A stretch of DNA of 64,000 nt from an uncultured Lachnospiraceae bacterium (lineage in GTDB: Bacteria; Bacillota; Clostridia; Christensenellales; Pumilibacteraceae), in NCBI GenBank assembly GCA_964516925.1, contig CAZEXL010000006.1:1854-65853 (forward strand). The letters run 5' to 3'. The position numbers were made by a program, and so were the translations under genes. The notes below the pieces were generated by a model that worked only from the letters and a program-made list of their open reading frames with translations, was not told the DNA's origin and did not search any database. Shown one piece after another: positions 28,358 to 38,133 of the stretch. The stretch's first letter is position 1. Every line of letters begins with the position of its first letter.

Positions 28358-30697
28358 ATGCAAGAATCGCTTTATACGCCAAAAAATGAATTTAATATTC
28401 CGGAATCTAAAATTTACAAGATGATAGCTACTCGCGGAGTAGTTGTTTTTCCGGGGCAAACAATTAATTTCGATATAGCGAGAGATAAATCTTTGGCTGC
28501 TCTGCAAAAAGCCGCAGAAGAAAAAGAGGATGTTTTTGTGGTTGCTCAAAAACGAGCTAACATCGCAAATCCTGCGCCCAAAGATATATACAGAGTAGGG
28601 ACTGTGTGTAAAATTAAACAGGTACTTAAATTGCCTAATAATACCGTAAGGGTATTAATTACCGGGCTTGCTCGCATGCAAATAGACAATTACGTGCAAA
28701 TTTCGCCGTTTTTTGAGGCGCAACTTTTGCCGTATGGCGAACTTATCGAAGATCCGTTGACTCTTGAGGCGGCAAAGCGTAATGCTCAAGAAAACTTTGA
28801 GTTGTATAAAAAATTGGATAATAAGATACCTACGGAAATATCTTCGTCGTTAACGGCGTTTGAATGCGATAAATTTATTAATGCTATTGCAACGTTTGTG
28901 TATAACACTGATTTACACAAGCAAGAGCTTTTGCAAGAAAAAACTATTGCCGATCAATTGATCAATATTTCTAAATTCTTTCAAAAAGAAATCGAAATTA
29001 TGGTTGTTGAAAAGAGAATTGCTGCCGACGTAAGAGCAAGCGTGTCTAAGGGGCAACGTGAGTTTTACCTTAGAGAACAAATTAAGGCGATTAAAAAAGA
29101 GCTTGGCGACGAGGAAGAAGAGGTTTATCTTAAAGAAGCAACGGATAAGAATTTACCGCCGCAGGTGATGGAAAAGGTTAAGCAAGAAGTTTCCAAACTT
29201 GAAAAGATGGCTCCAACGTCGCCCGATGCTGCAGTTTTACGAACGTATATAGAGTGGCTTTTGGCTGTTCCTTGGACGGAAGCTACGGACGAAACTTTTG
29301 ATTTAAAAAGAGCGCGTGAAATTTTAGACGAAGACCATTATGGTCTTGAAAAAGTTAAGGATAGAATCATAGAGTTTTTGGCCGTTCATAAGCTTACTAA
29401 CAATTTAAAAGGACCGATTTTATGTTTCGTTGGACCTCCGGGTGTTGGTAAAACTTCGATCGTGTCTTCGATAGCGAGAGCGGCCGGAAAAAAGTTTGTT
29501 TCAGTATCGCTAGGCGGTGTTAAGGATGAAGCCGAAATACGAGGACATCGAAGAACTTATATCGGTGCATTGCCCGGTCGAGTAATTTCTTCTATGAAAA
29601 ACGCGGGAGTAGTAAATCCTGTTTTCTTGTTTGACGAAGTTGATAAGATGTCTAGCGATTTTAGAGGCGATCCTGCGTCAGCTATGCTTGAAGTTTTGGA
29701 TCCGAATCAAAACAATCATTTTTCGGATCATTATCTTGAATTGCCTTACGATTTAAGTAAAGTTATGTTTGTAATGACGGCAAATACGATGGATACAATT
29801 CCGTTACCGCTATTAGACCGAATGGAAATTATAGAACTTTCGGGATATTCTTATTCTGAAAAATTGCAAATTGCAAAAAGGTATCTTATTAAGAAACAAA
29901 TCGAAGCTTGCGGATTGCAATCTGCCAACATTGAGTTTACGGACGATGCGATCGTTGCGATTATATCCGAATACACTCGTGAAAGCGGAGTTCGCCAATT
30001 AGAAAGAGAAATTGCGGCTATAATAAGAAAGCTTGCGGTTGAAATTGTAAGCAATAACAGTTGTGAATTAAATATTGTTATAGACGCAAAAGACATACAA
30101 TCGTATCTTGGACCTAAAAAATATAAAAACGATGAAAAATCGAACGACGGTGAGATCGGCAATGCAACGGGACTTGCATGGACTAGTGTAGGCGGCGCAA
30201 CGCTTTCTATCGAGGTCGTCGTTATTCCGGGAGGTAAGGGCGAGTTGACGCTTACCGGTAGTTTGGGTGACGTAATGAAAGAATCGTGCATAACAGCGTT
30301 GTCTATGCTAAAATCAAAAGCGGCTAAATACGGACTGAATTCAGATAAATTTAAGAAGAACGATTTTCATATTCATTTCCCGGAAGGGGCGACTCCTAAA
30401 GACGGACCTAGCGCAGGCATAACGATCGCTACGGCGTTGTTATCCGCGCTTACCGAAAGAAAAGTAAAAGGGGACGTTGCTATGACGGGAGAGGTAACTT
30501 TAAGAGGAAAAGTGCTTCCGATAGGCGGATTAAAAGAAAAATCGCTAGCCGCTTTAAGACACGGCGTAAAGACGCTGATCATTCCGTATGGCAACGAAAC
30601 TAATCTTGACGATATTCCTAGCGAAGTAAAGGATGCAATAAAAATTACAACCGTCAAAACAATCGACGAAGTTTTTGATATTGCTTTGGAAAAATAA
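28358..30697 (+). CDS. lon: ATP-dependent protease Lon (LonA)
   Basis: LON N-domain, Walker A GPPGVGKTS, and protease active site DGPSAGITIATAL with a downstream Lys. Confidence 0.95.
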   Translation: MQESLYTPKNEFNIPESKIYKMIATRGVVVFPGQTINFDIARDKSLAALQKAAEEKEDVFVVAQKRANIANPAPKDIYRVGTVCKIKQVLKLPNNTVRVLITGLARMQIDNYVQISPFFEAQLLPYGELIEDPLTLEAAKRNAQENFELYKKLDNKIPTEISSSLTAFECDKFINAIATFVYNTDLHKQELLQEKTIADQLINISKFFQKEIEIMVVEKRIAADVRASVSKGQREFYLREQIKAIKKELGDEEEEVYLKEATDKNLPPQVMEKVKQEVSKLEKMAPTSPDAAVLRTYIEWLLAVPWTEATDETFDLKRAREILDEDHYGLEKVKDRIIEFLAVHKLTNNLKGPILCFVGPPGVGKTSIVSSIARAAGKKFVSVSLGGVKDEAEIRGHRRTYIGALPGRVISSMKNAGVVNPVFLFDEVDKMSSDFRGDPASAMLEVLDPNQNNHFSDHYLELPYDLSKVMFVMTANTMDTIPLPLLDRMEIIELSGYSYSEKLQIAKRYLIKKQIEACGLQSANIEFTDDAIVAIISEYTRESGVRQLEREIAAIIRKLAVEIVSNNSCELNIVIDAKDIQSYLGPKKYKNDEKSNDGEIGNATGLAWTSVGGATLSIEVVVIPGGKGELTLTGSLGDVMKESCITALSMLKSKAAKYGLNSDKFKKNDFHIHFPEGATPKDGPSAGITIATALLSALTERKVKGDVAMTGEVTLRGKVLPIGGLKEKSLAALRHGVKTLIIPYGNETNLDDIPSEVKDAIKITTVKTIDEVFDIALEK

Positions 30698-31281
30698 TGG
30701 AAATTAAAAAAGCAGAATTTGTAAAGAGCTATGCGTTCGGATATAACGGCAGTGACGGAAAAGAGATTTGCATTGTCGGGCGTTCTAATGTGGGCAAATC
30801 GTCGTTTATAAATGCTTTATGCAACAACAAAAAATTGGCTAAAGCGTCGTCAACTCCCGGTAGGACGAGATTAATTAACGTTTTTAGTATAAACGGCGGT
30901 GAGTTTAATTTGGTTGATTTACCCGGATACGGATATGCGCAAGCAAGCAAAACGGATAAAGAGTCTTGGGATGAATTGATGGGACACTATTTTGAGAATG
31001 CAAAATCTTTAGTGCAAGTAATTGTCCTTACGGACATTCGAAACACGTCGACAAAAGACGTAGAGATGTTGAATTATTTGTATTACTATCAAATTCCGTT
31101 TACTGTGGTGGCGACAAAGTGCGATAAAGTAACCAAATCTGCTTTGTTTGGTGAAATCGGAAAATTATCGACGCATTTGGGACTTGGAAGAGACAATATT
31201 ATTCCGTTTTCTGCCGTAACGAAATTTGGAATAGACAAAGTTCTTAACAGAATCGAACAGATATTGTCGCACGAGAATTAA
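30697..31281 (+). CDS. engB: ribosome biogenesis GTPase EngB/YsxC
   Basis: G1 GRSNVGKSS and G3 DLPGYG. It overlaps the lon stop by 1 nt (TAATG). Confidence 0.9.
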   Translation: MEIKKAEFVKSYAFGYNGSDGKEICIVGRSNVGKSSFINALCNNKKLAKASSTPGRTRLINVFSINGGEFNLVDLPGYGYAQASKTDKESWDELMGHYFENAKSLVQVIVLTDIRNTSTKDVEMLNYLYYYQIPFTVVATKCDKVTKSALFGEIGKLSTHLGLGRDNIIPFSAVTKFGIDKVLNRIEQILSHEN

Positions 31282-31308
31282 TGGAAACAATAAAATTGTA
31301 ACACTAAC

Positions 31309-31348
31309 AAACCTCCTTCCATATACTGACAACGTAAGGAGGTTTTTT
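31309..31348 (+). terminator. intrinsic terminator after engB; its 3' arm is the SD of the next gene
   Basis: A perfect 10-bp stem, AAACCTCCTT (31309-31318) with AAGGAGGTTT (31336-31345), a 17-nt loop, and a T-run to 31348. Confidence 0.75.
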
Positions 31349-31350
31349 AT

Positions 31351-31947
31351 ATGCCACAAAAAGCTGGAATAATACGAGGCAATGCATTGTGCGGTCTTAA
31401 CGAACGTATATGCATTAATGCTCGTAAAGTTTATGACGGTTGTATTACAAGATATTCGGACAGAAGTTTTACGCTGTCGTTTTCAACTGAACTTTCGGGA
31501 ACAAGCCCATATACTTATGTGGAAGCCAGAAGTTCCGGAACGTCAACGGTAGAAAATTTGGTGATAACACCAACGACATGCAACAAAAGTAGGGTTCAAA
31601 TGAACGTTGTTACTCCCGTTACCGTAACGTATACCGATGCTAACAACGAAACGTACACGGCAACGTCTTCTATTACGATTGCTCGCGATATCGTTTTAAA
31701 GTTGCCTGAAGACTCGCTAACTTCGTATACGATAGAAGTCGCTACGAATCTTGCGAGCACTATAGGATCGTTTACCGATGATGCCGCTACGATAACCGCA
31801 TGTGTGGTTCAGATAACCAGAGTGCTTGTAAATGTTGACGTTTTAATCCCGTCATACGGATATTGTGAGTATCCTACGTGTCAAGAATACTCTGATGAAG
31901 TATGCAGGGAATTGTTTAATTTGCCGATTTTTCCGACTAACACCTAA
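31351..31947 (+). CDS. hypothetical Cys-containing, Thr/Ser/Val-rich protein (198 aa)
   Basis: A strong SD AAGGAGG lies 8 nt upstream. I recognise no family. The composition suggests a beta-rich structural protein. Confidence 0.6.
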   Translation: MPQKAGIIRGNALCGLNERICINARKVYDGCITRYSDRSFTLSFSTELSGTSPYTYVEARSSGTSTVENLVITPTTCNKSRVQMNVVTPVTVTYTDANNETYTATSSITIARDIVLKLPEDSLTSYTIEVATNLASTIGSFTDDAATITACVVQITRVLVNVDVLIPSYGYCEYPTCQEYSDEVCRELFNLPIFPTNT

Positions 31948-31959
31948 TTTTTATTGCGT

Positions 31960-32010
31960 AAAAGGTCAAAACATGATATAATAACCTAGACGTTGTGTTT
32001 TGACCTTTTT
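31960..32010 (+). terminator. intrinsic terminator (A-run/T-run flanked, possibly bidirectional)
   Basis: A 13-bp perfect stem, AAAAGGTCAAAAC (31960-31972) with GTTTTGACCTTTT (31997-32009). Confidence 0.65.
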
Positions 32011-32030
32011 AGGCAACAAAAGGAAGGTTT

Positions 32031-32729
32031 ATGCAAATATATTCTTTAAGCGACTTTCATTTATCTACAAATTGTCCCAAGCCGATGAATATTTTCGGTA
32101 AAGTTTGGGACAATTATATTGAAGATATAAAAACGAATTGTAGCGTTATTAACGATGAAGATATCTTGCTTATTGCCGGCGATTTAAGCTGGGCTATGAC
32201 GCTCGAGCAAGCACAACCGGATCTTGAAATTATAGGATCCTTGAAAGGACGCAAAATAATAACAAGAGGTAATCATGATTATTGGTGGAAATCGATATCT
32301 GCCGTGAGAAAAGTTTTACCCGACGGAGTTTATGCATTGCAAAATGATTGCATAAAATTCGGAAATGTGATTTTTACAGGCAGTCGAGGGTGGACGACGC
32401 CGGAACTAGGCAATGAATTGCCTGCAGACGAAGAAAAAATATATAATCGTGAAATACAAAGATTCAAACTCGGTTTAGAATCGGCGATAAAGCTGAAAGA
32501 AGAAGGCGATAAGATTATAGTTATGTCGCACTATCCGCCATTTAACAGCTCATTCAAACCGACGCCGTTTACCGATATGTTTAGCAGTTATGGCGTGAGC
32601 GCGGTTGTTTACGGACATTTACACGGAGCAAACGTTAAAGTTTGCAAAAGAAATTGTATCGATGGAGTTTGTTATTATTTAACTTCGTGCGATCTGTTGG
32701 CAAATAAGCCCGTCAAAATTGAAATTTAA
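32031..32729 (+). CDS. metallophosphoesterase family protein
   Basis: Calcineurin-like motifs SDFHL, GDLSW, GNHDYWW, and HYPP...GHLHG. Confidence 0.8.
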   Translation: MQIYSLSDFHLSTNCPKPMNIFGKVWDNYIEDIKTNCSVINDEDILLIAGDLSWAMTLEQAQPDLEIIGSLKGRKIITRGNHDYWWKSISAVRKVLPDGVYALQNDCIKFGNVIFTGSRGWTTPELGNELPADEEKIYNREIQRFKLGLESAIKLKEEGDKIIVMSHYPPFNSSFKPTPFTDMFSSYGVSAVVYGHLHGANVKVCKRNCIDGVCYYLTSCDLLANKPVKIEI

Positions 32730-32760
32730 AGCTACGAACAAACAATTCGTGGCTTTTTTA
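32730..32760 (+). terminator. intrinsic terminator
   Basis: AGCTACGAA (32730-32738) pairs with TTCGTGGCT (32747-32755) with one G-U pair, followed by TTTTT. Confidence 0.6.
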
Positions 32761-32800
32761 ATTATGTAATGAAAAAAGTTATTTCATGCATTAAAATTGC

Positions 32801-32829
32801 TTGACAAAAGTAAAATTTATATATATAAT
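32801..32829 (+). promoter_or_regulatory. sigma-A type promoter for ylxM-ffh
   Basis: TTGACA (32801-32806), 17-nt spacer, TATAAT (32824-32829). Confidence 0.65.
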
Positions 32830-32863
32830 ATGGCTGTAAAGTAGTTTTGCTTTACAGCCGTTT

Positions 32864-33175
32864 ATGAAAAAAGATCTTTCGATTGGTAAACTTAATGACG
32901 TCTACGGTAGGTTATTAACCGACAAACAACGAGAACTTATCGAGCTGTTTTATGATGACGACCTCTCTTTGGGTGAAATTGCCGAAAATTCGGGGATTAC
33001 TCGTCAGGCAGCGCATGACGCCATTGTAAAGGGTGTAGCTTCATTAAAAAAATACGAAAGTGAACTGAAATTAAGCGAAGTTTTGGATAAGTTATCTGCC
33101 GTTTATGCAAATAAGGCTGCAACGAAACAAGATATTTTGGAAGTAATAAACGACATTTTGAATTTTTGGGAGTAA
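32864..33175 (+). CDS. ylxM: YlxM/p13-like putative DNA-binding protein (UPF0122)
   Basis: LLTDKQRELIELFYDDDLSLGEIAE matches the YlxM signature. It sits directly upstream of ffh, as in Bacillus. Confidence 0.85.
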   Translation: MKKDLSIGKLNDVYGRLLTDKQRELIELFYDDDLSLGEIAENSGITRQAAHDAIVKGVASLKKYESELKLSEVLDKLSAVYANKAATKQDILEVINDILNFWE

Positions 33176-33177
33176 TA

Positions 33178-34485
33178 ATGGGAGCATTTAGCGGACTTAG
33201 CGACAGGCTTAATCATATTTTTGGTAAAATGCGCAATCGAGGTAAATTGACTGAACTCGAAATTAAGCAGGCAATGCGTGAAATTCGAGTTGCTTTACTT
33301 GAGGCGGATGTCAATTTTTCGGTTGTAAAAGAATTTATTGCAAAAGTTACGGAAAAGGCTGTGGGTGAAGAAATTCTTAATAGTCTTACTCCTGGGCAAC
33401 AAGTCGTAAAGATTGTTAATGAAGAGCTTACTGCGCTTATGGGCAGCACCAATTCTAGGTTAGAGGTTGCTTCCAAGCCTCCTACGGTTTATATGATGTG
33501 CGGTTTGCAAGGCGCAGGCAAAACTACGATGTGCGGAAAACTTGCGTTAATGCTTAAAAAACAAGGAAAAAAGCCTTTGCTTGTCGCTTGCGACATTTAT
33601 CGTCCTGCGGCAATTACGCAGTTGCAAGTCGTTGCTAAATCCGTAGGCGTCGAAGTGTTTGAACAAGGAACGACCAAACCGCACAAAACCGCGCTAGCGG
33701 CGATTAAAGAAGCGGAGCGCGGCGGCTATGACACGGTTATTATCGATACGGCAGGTAGATTGCATATTGATAAAGAATTGATGGAAGAGCTTGTAGATGT
33801 AAAAAAAGCAGTAAAGCCGGATGAAATTTTGCTAGTCGTCGATTCTATGACGGGGCAAGATGCGGTTACGGTTGCCACTTCCTTTAATGAAAAGCTTGAT
33901 ATTACGGGTGTCGTGCTTACAAAACTTGACGGTGATACGCGCGGCGGTGCAGCGCTTTCTATAAAAGCAGTAACGGGTAAGCCTATTAAGCTTTGCGGTA
34001 TCGGCGAAAAGATGGGCGATATCGAACCGTTCTTTCCGGATAGGATGGCGTCGAGAATTTTGGGAATGGGCGACGTTCTGACTTTGATTGATAAAGCTCA
34101 AAGCGCGATAAGCGAACAAGAGATGAAAAAGATGGAAGAAAAGATGCGAGCGAATCGCTTTACGCTTGATGATTTTCTTTCTCAGATGGATACTATAAAC
34201 CAAATGGGCAATATTTCCGATCTTATCTCGATGATTCCCGGGATGAACAAACTAAAAGTGAAGGACGTGGACGAGAGTCGCATAAAGAGATATAAGGCAA
34301 TTATTCAATCTATGACTATGTATGAACGCGAACATCCGGATATAATAAAGGCGTCTCGTCGTAAGCGAATAGCTAACGGTAGCGGAACTACTATTATGGA
34401 AGTAAATCAATTGTTAAATCAATTTGCACAATCAAAAGATATGATGAAACAAATCGGCAAAAAGGGTAAGAAATTCCCGTTTTAA
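33178..34485 (+). CDS. ffh: signal recognition particle protein Ffh
   Basis: NG domain with GLQGAGKTT, DTAGRL and TKLDGD, plus a Met-rich M domain. The start is placed at the Met of MGAFSGLSDRL. Confidence 0.95.
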   Translation: MGAFSGLSDRLNHIFGKMRNRGKLTELEIKQAMREIRVALLEADVNFSVVKEFIAKVTEKAVGEEILNSLTPGQQVVKIVNEELTALMGSTNSRLEVASKPPTVYMMCGLQGAGKTTMCGKLALMLKKQGKKPLLVACDIYRPAAITQLQVVAKSVGVEVFEQGTTKPHKTALAAIKEAERGGYDTVIIDTAGRLHIDKELMEELVDVKKAVKPDEILLVVDSMTGQDAVTVATSFNEKLDITGVVLTKLDGDTRGGAALSIKAVTGKPIKLCGIGEKMGDIEPFFPDRMASRILGMGDVLTLIDKAQSAISEQEMKKMEEKMRANRFTLDDFLSQMDTINQMGNISDLISMIPGMNKLKVKDVDESRIKRYKAIIQSMTMYEREHPDIIKASRRKRIANGSGTTIMEVNQLLNQFAQSKDMMKQIGKKGKKFPF

Positions 34486-34523
34486 TATTCGTATAAATTT
34501 ATTTTAAAAAAGGAGAAAATATT

Positions 34524-34820
34524 ATGGCTGTTAAAATCAGATTGACTCGTATGGGTGACAAAAAATCCCCGTTTTATCGTGTGATCGTTGCGGACTCTCG
34601 TTCGCCGCGTGACGGTAAGTTTATTGACATCGTCGGTACTTACAATCCTCTTACGGAACCCGCTCAGGTTAAGCTTGACGGCGAAAAGATCAAGAAGTGG
34701 ATTGCTAACGGTGCTCAACCCACCGATACGGTAAAGGCTATGCTTGTAAAAGAAGGTATTATACCCGAAGGTAAAAAAGCCCCTGCAAAAACCGGTTCTT
34801 TAAAAAAGAAAAAGGACTAG
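34524..34820 (+). CDS. rpsP: 30S ribosomal protein S16
   Basis: [31 protein letters not shown]. Confidence 0.95.
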   Translation: MAVKIRLTRMGDKKSPFYRVIVADSRSPRDGKFIDIVGTYNPLTEPAQVKLDGEKIKKWIANGAQPTDTVKAMLVKEGIIPEGKKAPAKTGSLKKKKD

Positions 34821-34823
34821 GCT

Positions 34824-35048
34824 ATGACTGAACTGGTAGAATTTTTGGTAAAAGAAATTGTCGATGACAAAGAAAAAGTTAGTGTTGCTTTGAATGATGT
34901 GACAATTAATATCTCTGTTTCCAAGGATGATATGGGTAAGGTAATCGGCAAGCAAGGCAGAATTGCTAAGGCTATACGTACAATAGTTAAAGCCGCATCC
35001 GCTAAGGAAAACAAAAAATATATTGTAGAAATTCTTGAAGCGGAATAG
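34824..35048 (+). CDS. KH domain RNA-binding protein (YlqC family)
   Basis: MGKVIGKQGRIAKAIRTIV is a KH GXXG motif. It sits in the conserved position between rpsP and rimM. Confidence 0.85.
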   Translation: MTELVEFLVKEIVDDKEKVSVALNDVTINISVSKDDMGKVIGKQGRIAKAIRTIVKAASAKENKKYIVEILEAE

Positions 35049-35105
35049 TTTTTGCAAACATGGGGATTGTTTTTACAGTCCCTATATTTGTATATTGGAG
35101 TGTTT

Positions 35106-35612
35106 ATGGAAAAAATAACCATCGGTGAGATTATAAAAGCCCAAGGAATTAAAGGTGAAGTTAAAATCAAGCCTCTTACTGACGATATCTTAAGATATAA
35201 AAAACTTAAACAGATAATTGTGTGTGAGGTGACTTACGATATAAAGTCGATGAGATTTAACGATGGCTTTGTGTATATTGCGCTAAGCGGAATAAATGAT
35301 CGTACTGCGGCTGAAAAACTTATCGGAAAGGAAGTGGAAATTGCGCGTATTCACGCGGTAGATTTGCCTGAAAATGTATTTTTTATTTCCGATATAATCG
35401 GATGCGGGGTTTTTTATGAAAACGGATACAAAATAGGCGACGTCGACTACGTTTATCAAAACGGAGCGGCGGACGTATATGAAGTCGTGGGAGAACGGCG
35501 CAAATTAATGTTTCCGTTTTTAAACAAAATAATAATATCCATAGATATTGAGAATAAGAAAATTATCGTAGACGAAAAAGAATTTGGTAAGGTGGTTGTA
35601 TATGAAGATTAG
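35106..35612 (+). CDS. rimM: 16S rRNA processing protein RimM
   Basis: IGEIIKAQGIKGEVKIKPLTD is the typical RimM N-terminus. The start is set at ATG 35106. Confidence 0.85.
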   Translation: MEKITIGEIIKAQGIKGEVKIKPLTDDILRYKKLKQIIVCEVTYDIKSMRFNDGFVYIALSGINDRTAAEKLIGKEVEIARIHAVDLPENVFFISDIIGCGVFYENGYKIGDVDYVYQNGAADVYEVVGERRKLMFPFLNKIIISIDIENKKIIVDEKEFGKVVVYED

Positions 35613-36273
35613 TGTATTGACGCTATTTCCTGAAATGTTTGAGCCGCTAAAGTGTAGCATAATAAAAAGAGCTACCGAAAAAAACGTTTTTGATCTTGAT
35701 ATTATTGATATTCGAAAATTTTCTTTAGATAAACACTCTAAATGCGATGATGAACCGTTTGGCGGTGGGGCTGGCATGATTATGACTCCGCAGCCGTTAT
35801 ATGATGCTATAATGGCGGTTGATCCTTGCCATAATGCAACTAGAATATATATGTCGCCTAAAGGTAAGACGCTTGATGCAAAAATGGCAAAAAATATGGC
35901 AAGTAGCGGCGATTTGCTTATTCTTTGTGGACACTACGAAGGGATCGACCAAAGAATAATCGATCTTTGTATTGATACCGAGATATCAATAGGCGATTAT
36001 GTTCTTACAGGCGGTGAGTTGCCGGCTATGGTATTGGTGGATTGCGTTTCAAGATTTATTCCCGGAACCATTAAAGAAGAATCGGCATACGGTGATTCTT
36101 TTAATGAAAATTTGCTTGAATATCCGCAATATACGCGTCCTAGAAGTTTTATGGGGCTTGAAGTTCCGGAAGTGTTGCTTAGCGGACATCATGAGAATAT
36201 TGAAAAGTGGCGTAGGCAAAAATCGATAGAAGAAACTTTAAGGCTACGACCGGATTTATTGGAGAAAAAATAA
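35602..36273 (+). CDS. trmD: tRNA (guanine37-N1)-methyltransferase TrmD
   Basis: MKISVLTLFPEMF, YGGGAGM-like FGGGAGMIM, GHYEGIDQR, SIGDYVLTGGELPAMV. Confidence 0.95.
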   Translation: MKISVLTLFPEMFEPLKCSIIKRATEKNVFDLDIIDIRKFSLDKHSKCDDEPFGGGAGMIMTPQPLYDAIMAVDPCHNATRIYMSPKGKTLDAKMAKNMASSGDLLILCGHYEGIDQRIIDLCIDTEISIGDYVLTGGELPAMVLVDCVSRFIPGTIKEESAYGDSFNENLLEYPQYTRPRSFMGLEVPEVLLSGHHENIEKWRRQKSIEETLRLRPDLLEKK

Positions 36274-37115
36274 TGAATTTACATTGGTTTCCAGGGCACA
36301 TGACTAAGTCGCTGCGTATGATGCAGGAAAACGTAAAACTCGTTGATTTAATTTTTTACGTTGTGGATGCTCGCGCGCCGCAAAGTTGTATTAATCCGGC
36401 ATTTTCACCAATTATATTTAATAAAAAAACCATTTATATTCTTAATAAGGCAGATATGGTTGAGGTGAAAGATTGTGCGTTTTGGGTAAACAAACTAAAA
36501 TCGTTTGGCGACGATGCGATTGCGTTGAATAGTATATCGGCTAAAAGTTCTATGGCATTAGTGACGCTTGCCAAAAAATTATGCGGAGAAAAAATTGAAA
36601 AGTTCAAACAAAAAGGGATCAATACATCCATTCGCGCAATGGTTATTGGTGTTCCTAATTGCGGTAAGAGTACCCTTATAAACAATTTGTGCGGTAAGGC
36701 TAGCGCTATAACCGGGAATAAAGCGGGGATTACAAGAGGCAAACAATGGGTAAGAGTAGGCGATTATTTTGAAGTTCTTGATACGCCTGGTACGTTATAT
36801 CCAAAATTATCAGATCAAACGGCTGCGGCGCATTTGGCTTTTATTGGGAGTATTAAAGACGAAGTAACCGATAAAAACGAACTGGCGTATTTGTTGATAC
36901 AAGAACTTCTTAAAATCAATCCTGATATTGTTGCGCGTAAGTACAATATTGATTTATCTGAGGATATTGAGCAAGTTGTGTCTGACATAGCCAGAAAAAA
37001 AGGTTGTTTGTCTAAAGGAAATTGCGTCGATATCGATAGAGTGTGTGTTGCAATTATCGACGATTTCCGCAAAGGACGAATCGGTAAAATTTGTCTTGAT
37101 AAGGGCGAGTTATGA
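36273..37115 (+). CDS. rbgA: ribosome biogenesis GTPase A (RbgA/YlqF)
   Basis: Circularly permuted GTPase: LNKADM (G4) precedes GVPNCGKST (G1) and DTPG (G3). It begins WFPGHM. Confidence 0.9.
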   Translation: MNLHWFPGHMTKSLRMMQENVKLVDLIFYVVDARAPQSCINPAFSPIIFNKKTIYILNKADMVEVKDCAFWVNKLKSFGDDAIALNSISAKSSMALVTLAKKLCGEKIEKFKQKGINTSIRAMVIGVPNCGKSTLINNLCGKASAITGNKAGITRGKQWVRVGDYFEVLDTPGTLYPKLSDQTAAAHLAFIGSIKDEVTDKNELAYLLIQELLKINPDIVARKYNIDLSEDIEQVVSDIARKKGCLSKGNCVDIDRVCVAIIDDFRKGRIGKICLDKGEL

Positions 37116-37696
37116 CAAAAGATTTATTTGATTTTGATTGTAATTATTCATGCAAAATTGCTGGGTGTGACGAGGCAGGTCGTGGACCGTTGGCCGGACC
37201 TGTGGTTGTTGCCGCTTGCAAAATGCCGCTTGAATTTATAATCGAAGGGATTAACGATAGTAAGAAAATAACTTTCGAAAAGCGTGAAAAACTGTACGAT
37301 AAAATCATTACTTGCGCAGACTATAGCATCGTTGCTATTGATGAGAACGTTATCGATGAAATTAATATTTTGGAAGCTACTAAAAAGGCAATGCGAGAAA
37401 GTATTTTGTCTTTAAAAGACGTTGATTTAGTTTTGGTTGACGCTGTAAACTTGAATTTGACTGTTGGAATCGAATCGATCATAAAAGGCGACGCAAAAAG
37501 TTATAATATTGCGGCAGCATCGATTTTAGCTAAAGTTTATAGAGATAGATTTATGTTGGAAATTGATAAAAAATATCCGCAATACGGATTCGCATCTCAT
37601 AAGGGCTATGGTACGAAAGCGCACATTGAAGCGTTAAAAAAATACGGACCGTGCCCTATACATCGAAAAAGTTTTATAAAAAATATTATCTTTTAA
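37112..37696 (+). CDS. rnhB: ribonuclease HII
   Basis: GCDEAGRGPLAGPVV, SASILAKV-like AASILAKV, and KGYGT. It overlaps rbgA by ATGA. Confidence 0.9.
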   Translation: MTKDLFDFDCNYSCKIAGCDEAGRGPLAGPVVVAACKMPLEFIIEGINDSKKITFEKREKLYDKIITCADYSIVAIDENVIDEINILEATKKAMRESILSLKDVDLVLVDAVNLNLTVGIESIIKGDAKSYNIAAASILAKVYRDRFMLEIDKKYPQYGFASHKGYGTKAHIEALKKYGPCPIHRKSFIKNIIF

Positions 37697-37715
37697 ATTT
37701 GTTGTTGTGTGATTT

Positions 37716-38078
37716 ATGAAAAATGAAAATAAAGAAAAAGGTATGTTTGGGGAGAATTTAGCTGTCAAATATCTTAAACAAAGTAACTTTGAAATAATTA
37801 AACGAAATTATAAGAATGATTACGGCGAGATAGATATCATTGCGGCGAAGGACGGATATTTGGTTTTTGTTGAAGTAAAAGCAAGAAGCTCATTAGACTT
37901 CGGGCAACCGGCAGAAGCTGTTAATATCCACAAAATACGCAAGATCAGTCAGGTTGCAAGTGCCTACATACATGCAAAGCGGTTATATGATTATCCTGTA
38001 AGATTTGACGTTATCGAAATTTGCGAAGGTAAGATAAATCATATAGAAAACGCATTCGACAGTTATATTCGTTACTAA
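37716..38078 (+). CDS. yraN: YraN family endonuclease (UPF0102)
   Basis: GENLAVKYLKQSNFEIIKRNYKNDYGEIDIIA...LVFVEVKARS. Confidence 0.85.
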   Translation: MKNENKEKGMFGENLAVKYLKQSNFEIIKRNYKNDYGEIDIIAAKDGYLVFVEVKARSSLDFGQPAEAVNIHKIRKISQVASAYIHAKRLYDYPVRFDVIEICEGKINHIENAFDSYIRY

Positions 38079-38133
38079 ATAGTAACGTGTAACTTCCTTT
38101 TCGCATATGTAGAAGAATGGCGGAGGGAAGCGA

